Below are positions 19,287 to 30,988 of a stretch of 46,116 nt of DNA, one piece after another. The notes below the pieces were generated by a model, which saw nothing but the letters and a program-made list of their open reading frames with translations, was not told the DNA's origin and did no database searches. How positions within the stretch are numbered: the stretch's first letter is position 1; each line of letters begins with the position of its first letter. The position numbers and the translations under genes are program-made. Source of the stretch: an uncultured Bacilli bacterium (GTDB lineage Bacteria; Bacillota_I; Bacilli_A; RF39; UBA660); NCBI GenBank assembly GCA_947586205.1, contig CANPXO010000004.1, forward strand, positions 1 to 46,116, given 5' to 3'.

Positions 19287-19598
19287 TTAATGAATCATTT
19301 TTTCTGCATATTCATAAGCAAGTTTTCTGGTTCTCTCATCGACGGCTTTGATATTCAAACTATTAAATTGATAGACTCCATCATGACAAATGATATTTCC
19401 TTCTAAACAAGCTTTTTGTAAACTTTCATAATACAATTTTAGCACTTCTAAAGCACTAAGTTCAGGATGATGTTTCAAATATTCATTACAAAGCGTCGTT
19501 CGAAGTAAAGATAAAGAAGAAAATCTAGAGTCAATTCTTTGAATACGACATAAAATTGCTAAAAAAAGTGAATAAAAATCCTCTTTTGTTGTCTCCAT
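19287..19598 (-). CDS. Hypothetical protein (probable start METTKE, 19598)
   Basis: AGGGG SD and its own TTGCAT/TAGAAT promoter upstream; no known motif. Confidence 0.65.
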   Translation of the reverse strand: METTKEDFYSLFLAILCRIQRIDSRFSSLSLLRTTLCNEYLKHHPELSALEVLKLYYESLQKACLEGNIICHDGVYQFNSLNIKAVDERTRKLAYEYAEKMIH

Positions 19599-19681
19599 AC
19601 AATACCCCCTGTTACGAATAAATATTCTAACACACTTTCCGAAAAATGCAAGAAAAAAACAGTAAGAATTTTTACTGATTT

Positions 19682-20659
19682 TTATAAATAGAATTTTGGT
19701 GGGTTCCCATCGATTTCTCTTAACTCTTTTTTTCTTATTAATTGACAAAGTATTGCTTCATCAGCTTCAGCATTAATATCTACTTTACCCTCTTCCCAAG
19801 TGAATACATCATGAATTTCTCCACATGTAACGATCATAGAAGAAATATCTCCATTTAATTTTTCAATCATTTTTTTATAAATTTCATCCGATAAAATATT
19901 TACATCAAAAGGATTTAACACTTTATTTAAATTTATTCTTCTTCTAATGATTTGCTTTATCACATCTATTTCTTTTCCATATGTTACAGGTACAAAGGAG
20001 TATCCATTTTTTATCAAACGCTCTTTCTCTAAAGAATCATCATCTACAGTAATCACAGTCTTATCAAATAAATCAAAATACTTACTTATTAGAGATTGTG
20101 TATAGGAACTACTTCCATTCATCCAATCAAAACGGTCAATAGCTAGATTTAATTTTTGAATCCCTAAATATTTTTTTAATCTGGTTATGATTTCTGATGA
20201 TATTTCTGTAGGTCTTAAAAATCTTTCTATCGTCCTTTTGGAAAAATAAATATTTTGAATATAATCATTCGTATTCTGAGAGACATTGTGCAATAATGCT
20301 TCTATATCTTGAAAATAAGTTTCATATGTAAGACCATAATATTGCTTTATAAAGGATAACAAATTCCAAGAAAAGACTAATTCATAATAATGAGCAAAAA
20401 AAGCTTCATTAAACCATTTCGTTGGATACTCGGCAAAACTAATAACAGAATCAAAACGCATAAGTATGGTTTGACTTTCCATTCCTAGTCTTTGGTTTTG
20501 CATACAAGAAAGGGTTACACTTTTACCTGTTCCTCTTCCTCCATTTAAAATTATTTTTTTGGAAGAATTTTCTCTTATTTCTGTTGTTAAAGAATATACT
20601 GGTTCTCTTACAAAAGCTTCTGTATTTATTAATTCTTCTGGTTTTATATTTTTTATCAT
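19682..20659 (-). CDS. Orphan P-loop ATPase
   Basis: Walker A GGRGTGKS, Walker B-like LAIDRFD; SD GGGAGG; promoter TTGAAT-N17-TACAAT. Confidence 0.75.
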   Translation of the reverse strand: MIKNIKPEELINTEAFVREPVYSLTTEIRENSSKKIILNGGRGTGKSVTLSCMQNQRLGMESQTILMRFDSVISFAEYPTKWFNEAFFAHYYELVFSWNLLSFIKQYYGLTYETYFQDIEALLHNVSQNTNDYIQNIYFSKRTIERFLRPTEISSEIITRLKKYLGIQKLNLAIDRFDWMNGSSSYTQSLISKYFDLFDKTVITVDDDSLEKERLIKNGYSFVPVTYGKEIDVIKQIIRRRINLNKVLNPFDVNILSDEIYKKMIEKLNGDISSMIVTCGEIHDVFTWEEGKVDINAEADEAILCQLIRKKELREIDGNPPKFYL

Positions 20660-20743
20660 TTTTAGAAACCTCCCTATCGATATTTATTGTAGCATAACAA
20701 ACTTTAACATTCAATTATTTTTTTGCAAGAAAAAAGCACTGAA

Positions 20744-23700
20744 TTATTCTTCAGCACTTTCTTCATTTGTTTCAACTTCTGTTTCTACATCAGCAGTTTC
20801 AACGTTTTCATCTTCTTGACTTTCCACACTGTCCTCTTCAGAGCCAAACAATCTATTTTCTAATACTTCACTTGCATCATCATCCATAAATTGTTTTTGT
20901 AACACAAGTTCAATATCACTATATTGATGAGCTCCTGTACCAGCAGGAATAAGTTTACCAATAATAACGTTTTCTTTAAGTCCTCGTAAGTAGTCCACAG
21001 AACCTTTGATTGCAGCATCAGTAAGAACTCTTGTTGTCTCTTGGAAAGAAGCTGCTGATAAGAAGGAATCTGTTTGTAAAGAACTCTTTGTAATACCAAG
21101 CATAATTGGACGTCCTTTGGCAGGAACTTTACCAGCTAGGATAACAGGTTTATTGGCATCTGTGAATTCTTTCATTGATACACTTAAGCCTTCTACTAAA
21201 TCCGTATCTCCTGGATCTACAATACGAACTTTATTAATCATACGTTTACAAATAATTTCAACGTGTTTATCGTTAATATCAACACCTTGTAATTTATAAA
21301 CCATTTGAATTTCTTTCAAAATATATTCTTGAGCTGTAATTGGGTCTGTGACTGCAAGTAACTCTTTAGGAGAAATAACACCTTCCGTAAGTTTATCTCC
21401 AGCACTCACAACATCACCAACAGAAACACGAACTTTCATATTGTAATTTGTAATATGTTCACGAGTTTCCACATCATTTTCAACAATGATACGATGTTTT
21501 CCGTTATCTTCTTTAATTAAAGTGACTTTACCACTAATCTCAGAAATGGTTGCTTTTCCTTTTGGATTACGAGCTTCAAATAACTCTTCAACACGAGGAA
21601 GACCTTGGGTAATATCGTCTCCGGCAACTCCACCAGAGTGGAATGTACGCATGGTAAGTTGGGTACCAGGTTCACCAATAGATTGAGCCGCCATAATACC
21701 AACCGCTTCCCCAGTTTCAACTAAATTACCTGTTGCTAGGTTACGTCCATAACATTTTTGACATACACCATTTTCGGTCTTACATGTTAAGATGCTTCGA
21801 ATTTCAACGGTTTTAATACCAGCATCTGTAATTTTCTTCACGATGTTTTCAGTAATTAATACGCCTTTGTCAGCAATGACTTCTTTAGTTTCAGGATGAA
21901 CAATCTTTTGAGCTGTAAATCTTCCTAAAATACGTTCACTAAGAGGTTCAATGACACTTCCATCTTTATCGTTAATTAAATCAGAAACAGCAACTCCTTG
22001 TAAAGAACCACAATCATGTTCTTTCACGATGATATCTTGAACAACTTCAACTAAACGACGAGTTAAGTATCCAGAGTCTGCTGTACGAAGTGCAGTGTCG
22101 GCAGAACCTTTTCTTGAACCATGGCTTGATAAGAAGAATTCAGATACGGTTAAACCTTCAGAGAAGTTTGACATAACTGGGATTTCAATCGTAGAACCAT
22201 CTGGTTTCGCCATTAATCCACGCATACCAGCTAACTGAGCAAAGTTTGATAAGGAACCACGAGCTCCAGAATTCATCATCATGAATAATGGGTTATCATA
22301 GTTTCCATCAGCGATGCTTTTGAGTTCTGCTTTAATTTTATCATTTGCTTTGGTCCAAATATCAATAACGGTATTGTAACGTTCTTCTTCGGTAATCATA
22401 CCACGTTTAAATTGTTTATTGACTTTATCAACTAATTCTTTTGATTCCGCGATGACTTCATTCTTTGTCTTAGATGGAACAATATCGGCAGCAGATACCG
22501 TAATACCAGCAATCGTTGAATATTTAAATCCTAAGTCTTTTAATTTATCAAGGAAAACAGAAGTTTCTGTTGTATGATAACGTTTAAAGACTTGAGCAAT
22601 AATCTTACTTAAATCACCTTTTACAAAAGGATTAATAATTGGCATATTTGCAATTGCTTCAGGAATATTCGTTCCCATTTCTAAGAAGAATTTATTTGGA
22701 GTAATTCCTTCGATATTTTCTTTTGTTGCTTCATTAATATAAGGATAACTATCAGGTAAAATTTCATTGAATATAATCTTACCACAAGTTGTGACTAAAT
22801 ATTTATCTTGTTGTTCTTCGGTAAATAATTTATGTTTGAAAGAACGAACTGGAAGAGCAATACGCGTATGAAGCGTAATTTCTTTTCTTTCATAAGCCAT
22901 TAAAACTTCATTTGGATCTTTATAGACTTTACCTTCATGTTCTTCGCCTGCTTTTTCTTGAGTTAAATAACAGTTTCCAAGAACCATATCTTGAGATGGT
23001 GTAACAATAGGTTTTCCGTCTTTTGGATTCAAGATGTTTTGAGCACCTAACATTAAGATTCTTGCTTCTGATTTCGCTTCTTCAGAAAGAGGAACGTGAA
23101 CAGCCATCTGGTCTCCATCGAAGTCAGCATTAAATCCTGTACAAACAAGTGGGTGTAAACGAATGGCTTTTCCACCAACTAATTTTGGTTCGAATGCTTG
23201 AATACCAAGTCTATGTAGAGTTGGGGCACGGTTTAATAAAACTGGATGCTCAGTAATGACTTCTTCCACGATATCCCAAACACAATCATCTTTGGCATCA
23301 ATAAGTTTCTTTGCTCCTTTAATATTATGAGCAAGTCCCTTTTCGACTAATCCATGAATAACATGAGGTTTAAATAACTCTAAAGCCATATCTTTTGGAA
23401 TACCACATTGATACATTTTAAGGTTTGGTCCAACAACGATAACGCTACGTCCAGAGTAGTCAACACGTTTACCGAGAAGATTTTGACGGAAACGACCTTG
23501 TTTTCCTTTTAACATCGAAGATAAACTCTTGAGTGGTCTATTTCCTGCTCCTGATACACTTCTTCCACGACGTCCATTATCAAGTAAGCTGTCTACTGCT
23601 TCTTGTAACATACGTTTTTCGTTTTGAACAATAATCGTTGGAGCATTTAATTCTAATAATTTTTTCAAACGATTATTACGGTTAATAATACGACGGTACA

Positions 23701-24469
23701 AATCATTTAAGTCACTTGTTGCAAAACGTCCACCATCTAATTGAATCATAGGTCTGATATCTGGTGGAATGACTGGAATGACATCTAGAATCATCCATTC
23801 AGGACGGTTTCCACTTTCTTGGAAAGCTACTAAGCAATCTAGTCGTTTTACTAAACGAATTCTCTTTTGTCCAGTGGCACCATCTAATTCTTTTCTTACC
23901 TCTTCCACTTCTTTATCGATATCTACTTCTTTTAATAGGGTTTTAATGGCTTCAGCACCCATACCTACTTTGAAACTATTTCCATATTTTTCATAGTAAG
24001 CACGGTACTCCTTATCTGATAAAGTTTGTTTCTTTCCTAGAGGAACATTTCCAGGGTCTAAGACAACATAACTTACAAAGTATAAAACTTCTTCTAGGTC
24101 TCTTGGACTCATGTCTAAGACAAGCCCCATTTTAGATGGAACACCTTTAAAGAACCAAATGTGTGAACATGGAGAAGCAAGTTCAATATGTCCCATACGT
24201 TCACGACGTACTTTAGACTTTGTTACTTCTACTCCACATCTATCACATATGACATTTTTATAACGTAATCTTTTATATTTTCCACAGTTACATTCATAAT
24301 CTTTGGTTGGTCCAAAAATCTTCTCGCAGAAAAGTCCATCTTTTTCTGGTTTTAAAGTACGATAGTTAATTGTTTCAGGTTTCTTTACTTCTCCGTAAGA
24401 CCAAGAACGGATTTGTTCAGGACTTGCAAGACTAATTTTAATTCCTTTAAAATTATTAACTTCAATCAT
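20744..24469 (-). CDS. rpoC: RNA polymerase beta' subunit (probable start 24469)
   Basis: NADFDGD, Zn-finger cysteines, [16 protein letters not shown]. Confidence 0.99.
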   Translation of the reverse strand: MIEVNNFKGIKISLASPEQIRSWSYGEVKKPETINYRTLKPEKDGLFCEKIFGPTKDYECNCGKYKRLRYKNVICDRCGVEVTKSKVRRERMGHIELASPCSHIWFFKGVPSKMGLVLDMSPRDLEEVLYFVSYVVLDPGNVPLGKKQTLSDKEYRAYYEKYGNSFKVGMGAEAIKTLLKEVDIDKEVEEVRKELDGATGQKRIRLVKRLDCLVAFQESGNRPEWMILDVIPVIPPDIRPMIQLDGGRFATSDLNDLYRRIINRNNRLKKLLELNAPTIIVQNEKRMLQEAVDSLLDNGRRGRSVSGAGNRPLKSLSSMLKGKQGRFRQNLLGKRVDYSGRSVIVVGPNLKMYQCGIPKDMALELFKPHVIHGLVEKGLAHNIKGAKKLIDAKDDCVWDIVEEVITEHPVLLNRAPTLHRLGIQAFEPKLVGGKAIRLHPLVCTGFNADFDGDQMAVHVPLSEEAKSEARILMLGAQNILNPKDGKPIVTPSQDMVLGNCYLTQEKAGEEHEGKVYKDPNEVLMAYERKEITLHTRIALPVRSFKHKLFTEEQQDKYLVTTCGKIIFNEILPDSYPYINEATKENIEGITPNKFFLEMGTNIPEAIANMPIINPFVKGDLSKIIAQVFKRYHTTETSVFLDKLKDLGFKYSTIAGITVSAADIVPSKTKNEVIAESKELVDKVNKQFKRGMITEEERYNTVIDIWTKANDKIKAELKSIADGNYDNPLFMMMNSGARGSLSNFAQLAGMRGLMAKPDGSTIEIPVMSNFSEGLTVSEFFLSSHGSRKGSADTALRTADSGYLTRRLVEVVQDIIVKEHDCGSLQGVAVSDLINDKDGSVIEPLSERILGRFTAQKIVHPETKEVIADKGVLITENIVKKITDAGIKTVEIRSILTCKTENGVCQKCYGRNLATGNLVETGEAVGIMAAQSIGEPGTQLTMRTFHSGGVAGDDITQGLPRVEELFEARNPKGKATISEISGKVTLIKEDNGKHRIIVENDVETREHITNYNMKVRVSVGDVVSAGDKLTEGVISPKELLAVTDPITAQEYILKEIQMVYKLQGVDINDKHVEIICKRMINKVRIVDPGDTDLVEGLSVSMKEFTDANKPVILAGKVPAKGRPIMLGITKSSLQTDSFLSAASFQETTRVLTDAAIKGSVDYLRGLKENVIIGKLIPAGTGAHQYSDIELVLQKQFMDDDASEVLENRLFGSEEDSVESQEDENVETADVETEVETNEESAEE

Positions 24470-24470
24470 T

Positions 24471-27400
24471 CTATTCAACCTCCCCATCACTATCTATATA
24501 GGCATCGCCAGGAAATTCTAAATCATCTAGACTATCCCCTTCGAATTCATCTTCTTCCTCTTCTTCTGTTTCTTCAGTAGGAGCTTCTTCCTCTGGAAGA
24601 GGTGGTTCTTCGATTGGTTCTGAATTTAAGTCGATTTCATCAATCTTAATGATATCTTCTTTGTCTTCTTCTTTCTCAATTTCTTTTAAATCTAAGACTT
24701 CATCATTATTATTAATAATTTGAACATTTAAACCTAAAGCTTGGAATTCTTTGATTAATACTCTGAATGATTCTGGAACACCAGCTTGATTTACTGTTTT
24801 ACCTTTGACTAAAGCTTCATAAACTTTTACACGACCAATGACATCATCGGATTTAATGGTTAATATTTCTTGAAGAACATGAGCTGCACCATAAGCATAT
24901 AATGCCCAAACTTCCATTTCTCCAAAACGTTGTCCACCAAATTGAGCTTTACCACCTAATGGTTGTTGAGTCACTAAGCTATAAGGTCCAGTCGCACGAG
25001 CATGTAATTTATCATCTACCATGTGGTGAAGTTTTACCATGTACATTACACCAACGTTGACTTTATTTTCAAAAGGCTCTCCTGTACGTCCATTAATTAA
25101 TGTGACTTTTCCATCTTCAGGCATTCCTGCTTCTTTCATTTCTTCATGAATATCTTCAATGTTTGCTCCATCAAAGACTGGAGTTGCATAATGAACACCT
25201 AATTTTTTACCAGCCATTCCTAAATGAACTTCGAGGATCTGACCAATATTCATACGAGATGGAACACCAAGTGGATTTAACATAACATCAACTGGAGTCC
25301 CGTCTGGTAAGTAAGGCATATCTTCTTCTGGTAAGACTAGAGAAATAACACCTTTGTTTCCATGACGTCCACTCATTTTATCTCCCACTTGAATCTTACG
25401 TTTTTGAATAATGTAAACACGAATAATTTTGAAAACGCCAGCAGGTAGTTCATCACTATTTTCTTTGGTATATACTTTCACATCATGAATGATACCAGCT
25501 GCACCATGCTCTACTCTTAAAGATGTATCTCTTACTTCACGAGTTTTTTCACCAAAGATCGCATGTAATAATTTTTCTTCACTCGTAAGCTCTTGAACTC
25601 CTTTTGGTGTGACTTTACCAACAAGGATATCTCCTTCTTTTACTTCGGTACCAATTCTTACAATACCATCCGCATCTAAGTTCTTACGAGCTTCTTCACC
25701 AACATTTGGAATATCTCTTGTAATTTCTTCTGGTCCTAATTTGGTATCACGACATTCAATTTCATACATTTCAATATGAAGTGAAGTATAAACGTCTTCT
25801 TTCACTAATCTTTCATTTAATATGACTGCATCTTCATAGTTAAATCCATTGTAAGTCATAAATGCAACTGTCATGTTTTTACCTAAGGCAAGTTCTCCTT
25901 GGTCTGTAGAAGGACCATCGGCAATCACTTGTCCCATTTTGATTTTATCGCCTTTATGAACTAGAGGAATATGATTTGTACAACTTCCAGCATTGTTTCC
26001 TTCATAGTTTGCAAGGTGATAGACATCTTTTCCTTTGGCATTTTTTACAATAATTTGTTTGGCATCCGCATACTCTACAACACCATCCGCTTTCGCGACA
26101 ATCGTACTACCAGAGTATTTTGCTGCGACACATTCTACACCAGTACCTACAATCGGAGCTTCACTCTTTAATAGAGGTACTGCTTGACGTTGCATGTTAG
26201 AACCCATAAGTGTACGGTTTGCATCGTCGTAGTTTAAGAATGGGATACAACTTGTTGTAATAGAAACAACTTGACTAGGTGAAACGTCCACAAAGTTAAC
26301 TTTGTCTTTTGAAATCATCACATTATCGCCATTATATCTTACGATAACTTCTTTTTCTAGAATTTCATTATTTTCTCCTAAAGCAATATTTGCTTCAGAA
26401 ATATAGTAATCTGCTTCTTCATCAGCTGTCATATAAACAACGTCATCTAAATCTACTATACCATTTGTGACACGACGGTACGGAGTCATAATAAATCCAT
26501 ATTCGTTTACTTTGGCATAACCAGCAAGTGATGTAATAAGTCCAATGTTTTGTCCTTCTGGGCTTTCTACTGGACAAATACGTCCATAATGGCTAGCGTT
26601 TACGTCACGAACATCCATTCCAGCACGATCTCTAGAAAGACCTCCAGGTCCTAAACTAGATAAACGTCTTTTATCGGTAAGTTCAGCAATTGGGTTAATT
26701 TGGTCCATAAATTTAGATAATTGAGAAGAACCAAAGAACTCTTTTAAAACTGCAGTCACTGGACGAATATTAATTAATGATTTCGGTGTGATATCTGTCG
26801 TTTCTTGAGTCGTCATTCTCTCACGGATCACTCTTTCCATACGAGCCATACCAACTCTAAATTGATTTTCAATTAACTCTCCTACTTGACGAACACGACG
26901 ATTTCCTAAGTTATCGATTTCATCGGTATTTCCAATGCCAGCATGTAAATTTAAATAGTAGTTTACTGAGGCATAAATATCAGGGATGGTTAAACGTCTT
27001 TCATCAATACTTGTATCGACACCAATAATCGAAATCACTTTCTCGGTATTTACTTTATCAAAGACTTTAATTTCTTGAATTTGATCATATTGGTCTAATT
27101 CTTCATGAATTAAAACTTTATGAAGTCCAAATCCCGCTTTTAAAGCTGGTTTTATAGACTCTAGAACTTCTTTCGTTACTAAAGTTCCTGATTTAGCCAC
27201 AACTTTATTATTTTCATCCGTAATATCTTCGGCTAAAGTACAGCCTACTAAACGGTCACATACATTTAATTTTTTATTAAATTTGTAACGTCCTACCTTG
27301 GCTAAGTCATAACGGAAATGATCAAAGAAACGAGTAATTAATTGATTCTTTGCTGAATCAAGAGTTGCTGGTTCTCCAGGTCTTAATTTTTCAAAGATAT

Positions 27401-28103
27401 CAATTAAAGCTTCGTCTGTATTCTTCGTACTATCTTTTTCTAATGTATTGGTAATGTAATCATTTTCACCAAACACATGAGTAATGTCTTCGTTACTAGA
27501 TAGACCTAATGCACGTAAGAAAGTTGTTACTGGTACTTTTCTTGTACGGTCAATACGTACATAAACAACATCTCTTGCATCGGTCTCAAACTCTAACCAC
27601 GTTCCTTTGTTTGGAATCATCTCGCCTGTAATAATACGACGTCCATTCTTGTCAATTTCTCTTTTGAAATAAACACTTGGACTACGTACTAATTGGGATA
27701 CAATAACACGTTCTGCTCCATTAATAATAAATGTACCAGAATCGGTCATTAAAGGCATATCCCCTAGGAATATTTCCTGTTCTTTGACTTCACCAGTTTC
27801 ATGAATGAAAACACGTGCTTGCACCTTTAAAGGAGCGGCATAGTTTACCATTCTTTCCTTTGATTCTTTCACAGAGTATCTTGGAGTTTCTAAAGAATAA
27901 TCTCCAAAATCAATGGTTACATTTCCTGTAAAACTTTCCACAGGAAATAATTCATCAAAAACTTCTTTGATTCCCACCTCTAAGAAATCTTGATAACTCT
28001 TCTTTTGAATCTCCAAAAGATCTGAAAGTTCCATCGTATTTTTGCTTTTTGAAAAGCTACGTCTTGTTCTGTAATCTCCACATTTTTTTAGTTTATAAGC
28101 CAC
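24471..28103 (-). CDS. rpoB: RNA polymerase beta subunit
   Basis: [29 protein letters not shown]. Confidence 0.99.
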   Translation of the reverse strand: MAYKLKKCGDYRTRRSFSKSKNTMELSDLLEIQKKSYQDFLEVGIKEVFDELFPVESFTGNVTIDFGDYSLETPRYSVKESKERMVNYAAPLKVQARVFIHETGEVKEQEIFLGDMPLMTDSGTFIINGAERVIVSQLVRSPSVYFKREIDKNGRRIITGEMIPNKGTWLEFETDARDVVYVRIDRTRKVPVTTFLRALGLSSNEDITHVFGENDYITNTLEKDSTKNTDEALIDIFEKLRPGEPATLDSAKNQLITRFFDHFRYDLAKVGRYKFNKKLNVCDRLVGCTLAEDITDENNKVVAKSGTLVTKEVLESIKPALKAGFGLHKVLIHEELDQYDQIQEIKVFDKVNTEKVISIIGVDTSIDERRLTIPDIYASVNYYLNLHAGIGNTDEIDNLGNRRVRQVGELIENQFRVGMARMERVIRERMTTQETTDITPKSLINIRPVTAVLKEFFGSSQLSKFMDQINPIAELTDKRRLSSLGPGGLSRDRAGMDVRDVNASHYGRICPVESPEGQNIGLITSLAGYAKVNEYGFIMTPYRRVTNGIVDLDDVVYMTADEEADYYISEANIALGENNEILEKEVIVRYNGDNVMISKDKVNFVDVSPSQVVSITTSCIPFLNYDDANRTLMGSNMQRQAVPLLKSEAPIVGTGVECVAAKYSGSTIVAKADGVVEYADAKQIIVKNAKGKDVYHLANYEGNNAGSCTNHIPLVHKGDKIKMGQVIADGPSTDQGELALGKNMTVAFMTYNGFNYEDAVILNERLVKEDVYTSLHIEMYEIECRDTKLGPEEITRDIPNVGEEARKNLDADGIVRIGTEVKEGDILVGKVTPKGVQELTSEEKLLHAIFGEKTREVRDTSLRVEHGAAGIIHDVKVYTKENSDELPAGVFKIIRVYIIQKRKIQVGDKMSGRHGNKGVISLVLPEEDMPYLPDGTPVDVMLNPLGVPSRMNIGQILEVHLGMAGKKLGVHYATPVFDGANIEDIHEEMKEAGMPEDGKVTLINGRTGEPFENKVNVGVMYMVKLHHMVDDKLHARATGPYSLVTQQPLGGKAQFGGQRFGEMEVWALYAYGAAHVLQEILTIKSDDVIGRVKVYEALVKGKTVNQAGVPESFRVLIKEFQALGLNVQIINNNDEVLDLKEIEKEEDKEDIIKIDEIDLNSEPIEEPPLPEEEAPTEETEEEEEDEFEGDSLDDLEFPGDAYIDSDGEVE

Positions 28104-28201
28104 AATCTCACCCCATCTAAATTTATTTTTTTTGGAAACACTACAGTGCTAGAAACTAACACGTCACCAATTTATAATTTAACACACTTTTACAAGATGT
28201 G

Positions 28202-28831
28202 TCAACAACTTTTTGCACACATTACGTAAAAACCTTTGGATGTTGCCATTTTTTCCACTTTATAGGTATTCTCTAAGATTTTAGAAATACTTTTGACTCC
28301 TTGGTCTTTTCGAATGACAAACCATAACTCACCTTCCTCATTCATATATTCTTTTGCTTTTTCTAACATTTCTAATACCACATTTTTTCCAGCTCGAATT
28401 GGTGGGTTCGTTACCACCAAATCAAATTTTCCTGTCACATTCTCATAGATATTACTTTCTGTGCATTTCCCTTCTACTTGATTTTCTTTTCGATTTTTCT
28501 CACATAAATGTAAAGCTCTTTTATTGACATCCACCATGGTAACCTCACCATTTAAAAGTTTACCTAGAACAATTCCAATAAAACCGTATCCACATCCCAC
28601 ATCTAATATTTTTAAATTTTGCTTTTTTCTTTTTTCTAAAATTGTTTCTACTAAAAGTTTACTTCCATAATCTATATGATTTTTGGAAAAAACTCCTAAA
28701 TCACTCCAAAAAGTGAAAACAGTATCTCCGTTTTCATAAGTGATTTGTCTCATTTCACTTTTGAGATTCGTATTATTTGTGAAGTAATGTTCCAAAAAAT
28801 CACCATTCATTTCCTCTTTTTTTGACTGCAT
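28202..28831 (-). CDS. Class I SAM methyltransferase, RsmC/YbxB-like (probable start TTG 28795)
   Basis: HYF, GVFS...DYGS.LL, LDVGCGYG and TNPPIRAGK motifs; conserved position upstream of rpoB. Confidence 0.9.
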   Translation of the reverse strand: MQSKKEEMNGDFLEHYFTNNTNLKSEMRQITYENGDTVFTFWSDLGVFSKNHIDYGSKLLVETILEKRKKQNLKILDVGCGYGFIGIVLGKLLNGEVTMVDVNKRALHLCEKNRKENQVEGKCTESNIYENVTGKFDLVVTNPPIRAGKNVVLEMLEKAKEYMNEEGELWFVIRKDQGVKSISKILENTYKVEKMATSKGFYVMCAKSC

Positions 28832-28970
28832 TTAAAAGTTTATGAACTCATTCTACTATATTTTCTTTCTTTTGTAAAGAGAAAATGTGGGGAAAAATAT
28901 TGCATTTGTTACAATCTTTTTTTAATCAAAAAGCACATAAGATTTTAAACTTATGTACTTCATTTGAAAA

Positions 28971-30920
28971 TTAGCAATAATTCTTTCTAGCTACTGTACA
29001 TTGTTGACTACAACTTGTATCATTGCAATCATACAAAGCATCAGGGCTTTGTGCACAACCAGCAGCAGTACAACTAGGCGTGCATTTGCAACAACTCCTT
29101 CCTGTACTACAACTTGTGTAATGGGAGCCAGCATCTCCACAATCTTGTCCAGTTACACGACTTATATATCTTCTTGAAATATATCTACTTCCTGTTCCAC
29201 AACTACCCTGACAAGAACCACTGCTTTCGCTTATATATGTAAATTGTGAATCACAACAACTTACTGTATTACAACTTTGTGAATCTTCATCTGTATGAGT
29301 TCCACATGAAGTTCTATGATCATATGCACTTTGATAATAGACATCTCTAGTTTGTGTTCCTCCATTACATGTTGCACTACAAGATTTCCAAGATCCTTCA
29401 CCAGATCTTTCTATGCTGCTGCAACAATTTGTTGGCTGTGGACAATGTGGATGCAATGTTCTTGTATCACAAACATCCCCTAAATATTTATCAAAAGATG
29501 AATCATATTGATTATAATAGTTATTTCCACACGCTGGACATGAATTACTTGTATTTGATTGTTCAATCCATCCTGTTTGTGCACTGCATCTCGCATAGAC
29601 TGTATAATTTTGTTGAGCATTCTTGGTATTTCCTGCTTTGTCTCTTATGGATACATATACCGTTCGAACTTGTCCGTCATAATCCCCATTAAATTTTAAT
29701 AATTGTTCTGTTTCTTCATATTTTTCCCATGTACAATCTCTTAAATATCCTGTTTGAGAGATACACATCTCTAAATTTTCTTTTCCATCATCGTCATCAG
29801 CCTGAATTTTTATTTTGACATTTAAATCATTGTATCCTGGTGATGAAGATTTCACTGTGACACCATTGATTTTTGGAATCTCACTGTCCACCCGATCAAT
29901 ATGAATTTGATTTCTTTCACTTCTTAAATCATCATCACTACTTACATTTCCTACTTTATCTTTTACACATATATAATATGTTTTATTGCTTCCATCTGCT
30001 CTTAAATACTCTGTTTGAATGCCTTCTGATGCACTTTTGTATCCACTTATATTACTACATGTATTTGTTCCAATATTATCTGCTATTGCATACTCTTTAA
30101 TTCCACTTCCAGATCCATCTGTGAGTTCAAAGGTCACTCTTCTTGCTCCACTCGTATTTGTATCATTATTTACTGTAACACTTCCTTCTGTCACTGTTGG
30201 TCTTTGGATATCTAATAATACTTTTGTTGATAAATTATTCACAAGAGAAGCTCCACTTTCATTTAATACTATTTTTACTTGTAATCTCACTTCTATATTT
30301 TTGATCCCATTTTCATAGGCTTCTATTAAATATTTTTGACATTCATCTAGATTGTTCTCTTGTGTACTACAATTTAGTTGAGCTTGTCCACTCCATGAGA
30401 TTTCACTTATTATTCCTTTCCTTTCGTATTCTGGTTTTAACCGATATCTTACATTCACTTTACTTTCTTTTAACCATGTATTTTCATTTTCTCTTGGTAT
30501 TTCTTGTCCATTTGTATTTTCTAAATACAGTTCCACCATTCCAAATAAGTTTTCTAGGTATTGTTCTTCATAACATTCATGACTTTCTGTAATACTTGCT
30601 TCATAACTTCCATTTTGATACTGCATTGTTATAATATCACAAGACATATCTCGTCCACTTACAGGATCCTTATATTCTCCTAGTTCACTATCGGAAGATA
30701 ATACTCCTGCTTCTATTAATGTCTTCACATCAAAAACGCTTTTGCCTGTTTCTTCAGCATATTTTTCACTTTTCGCTTTTAATTCCTCTATTTTTGTTTC
30801 TGACATACTTTGATTTATATTTGCAGATATTGTTAAATATACTGGCACAGAAACACCAATTAATAATCCTAGTATAGCAATCACTGCTAAAAGTTCTATT
30901 AATGTAAATCCTCTTTTCAT
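28971..30920 (-). CDS. Large prepilin-domain protein with beta-sandwich-like repeats and a Cys-rich thrombospondin-like C-terminus
   Basis: KRG^FTLIELL; two (V/I)xDK(V/A)GN motifs; WKSCSATCNGGTQTR. Confidence 0.85.
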   Translation of the reverse strand: MKRGFTLIELLAVIAILGLLIGVSVPVYLTISANINQSMSETKIEELKAKSEKYAEETGKSVFDVKTLIEAGVLSSDSELGEYKDPVSGRDMSCDIITMQYQNGSYEASITESHECYEEQYLENLFGMVELYLENTNGQEIPRENENTWLKESKVNVRYRLKPEYERKGIISEISWSGQAQLNCSTQENNLDECQKYLIEAYENGIKNIEVRLQVKIVLNESGASLVNNLSTKVLLDIQRPTVTEGSVTVNNDTNTSGARRVTFELTDGSGSGIKEYAIADNIGTNTCSNISGYKSASEGIQTEYLRADGSNKTYYICVKDKVGNVSSDDDLRSERNQIHIDRVDSEIPKINGVTVKSSSPGYNDLNVKIKIQADDDDGKENLEMCISQTGYLRDCTWEKYEETEQLLKFNGDYDGQVRTVYVSIRDKAGNTKNAQQNYTVYARCSAQTGWIEQSNTSNSCPACGNNYYNQYDSSFDKYLGDVCDTRTLHPHCPQPTNCCSSIERSGEGSWKSCSATCNGGTQTRDVYYQSAYDHRTSCGTHTDEDSQSCNTVSCCDSQFTYISESSGSCQGSCGTGSRYISRRYISRVTGQDCGDAGSHYTSCSTGRSCCKCTPSCTAAGCAQSPDALYDCNDTSCSQQCTVARKNYC

Positions 30921-30988
30921 ACTCTCACCTATTCTCTTTTACTCTTTCATTGTATCATAAAAATAAATTTTTCCAAAGAAAAACTGGA

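Noticed and set aside
19122..19406. 94-aa + strand ORF
   Set aside because: Antisense shadow of the toxI repeats and promoter
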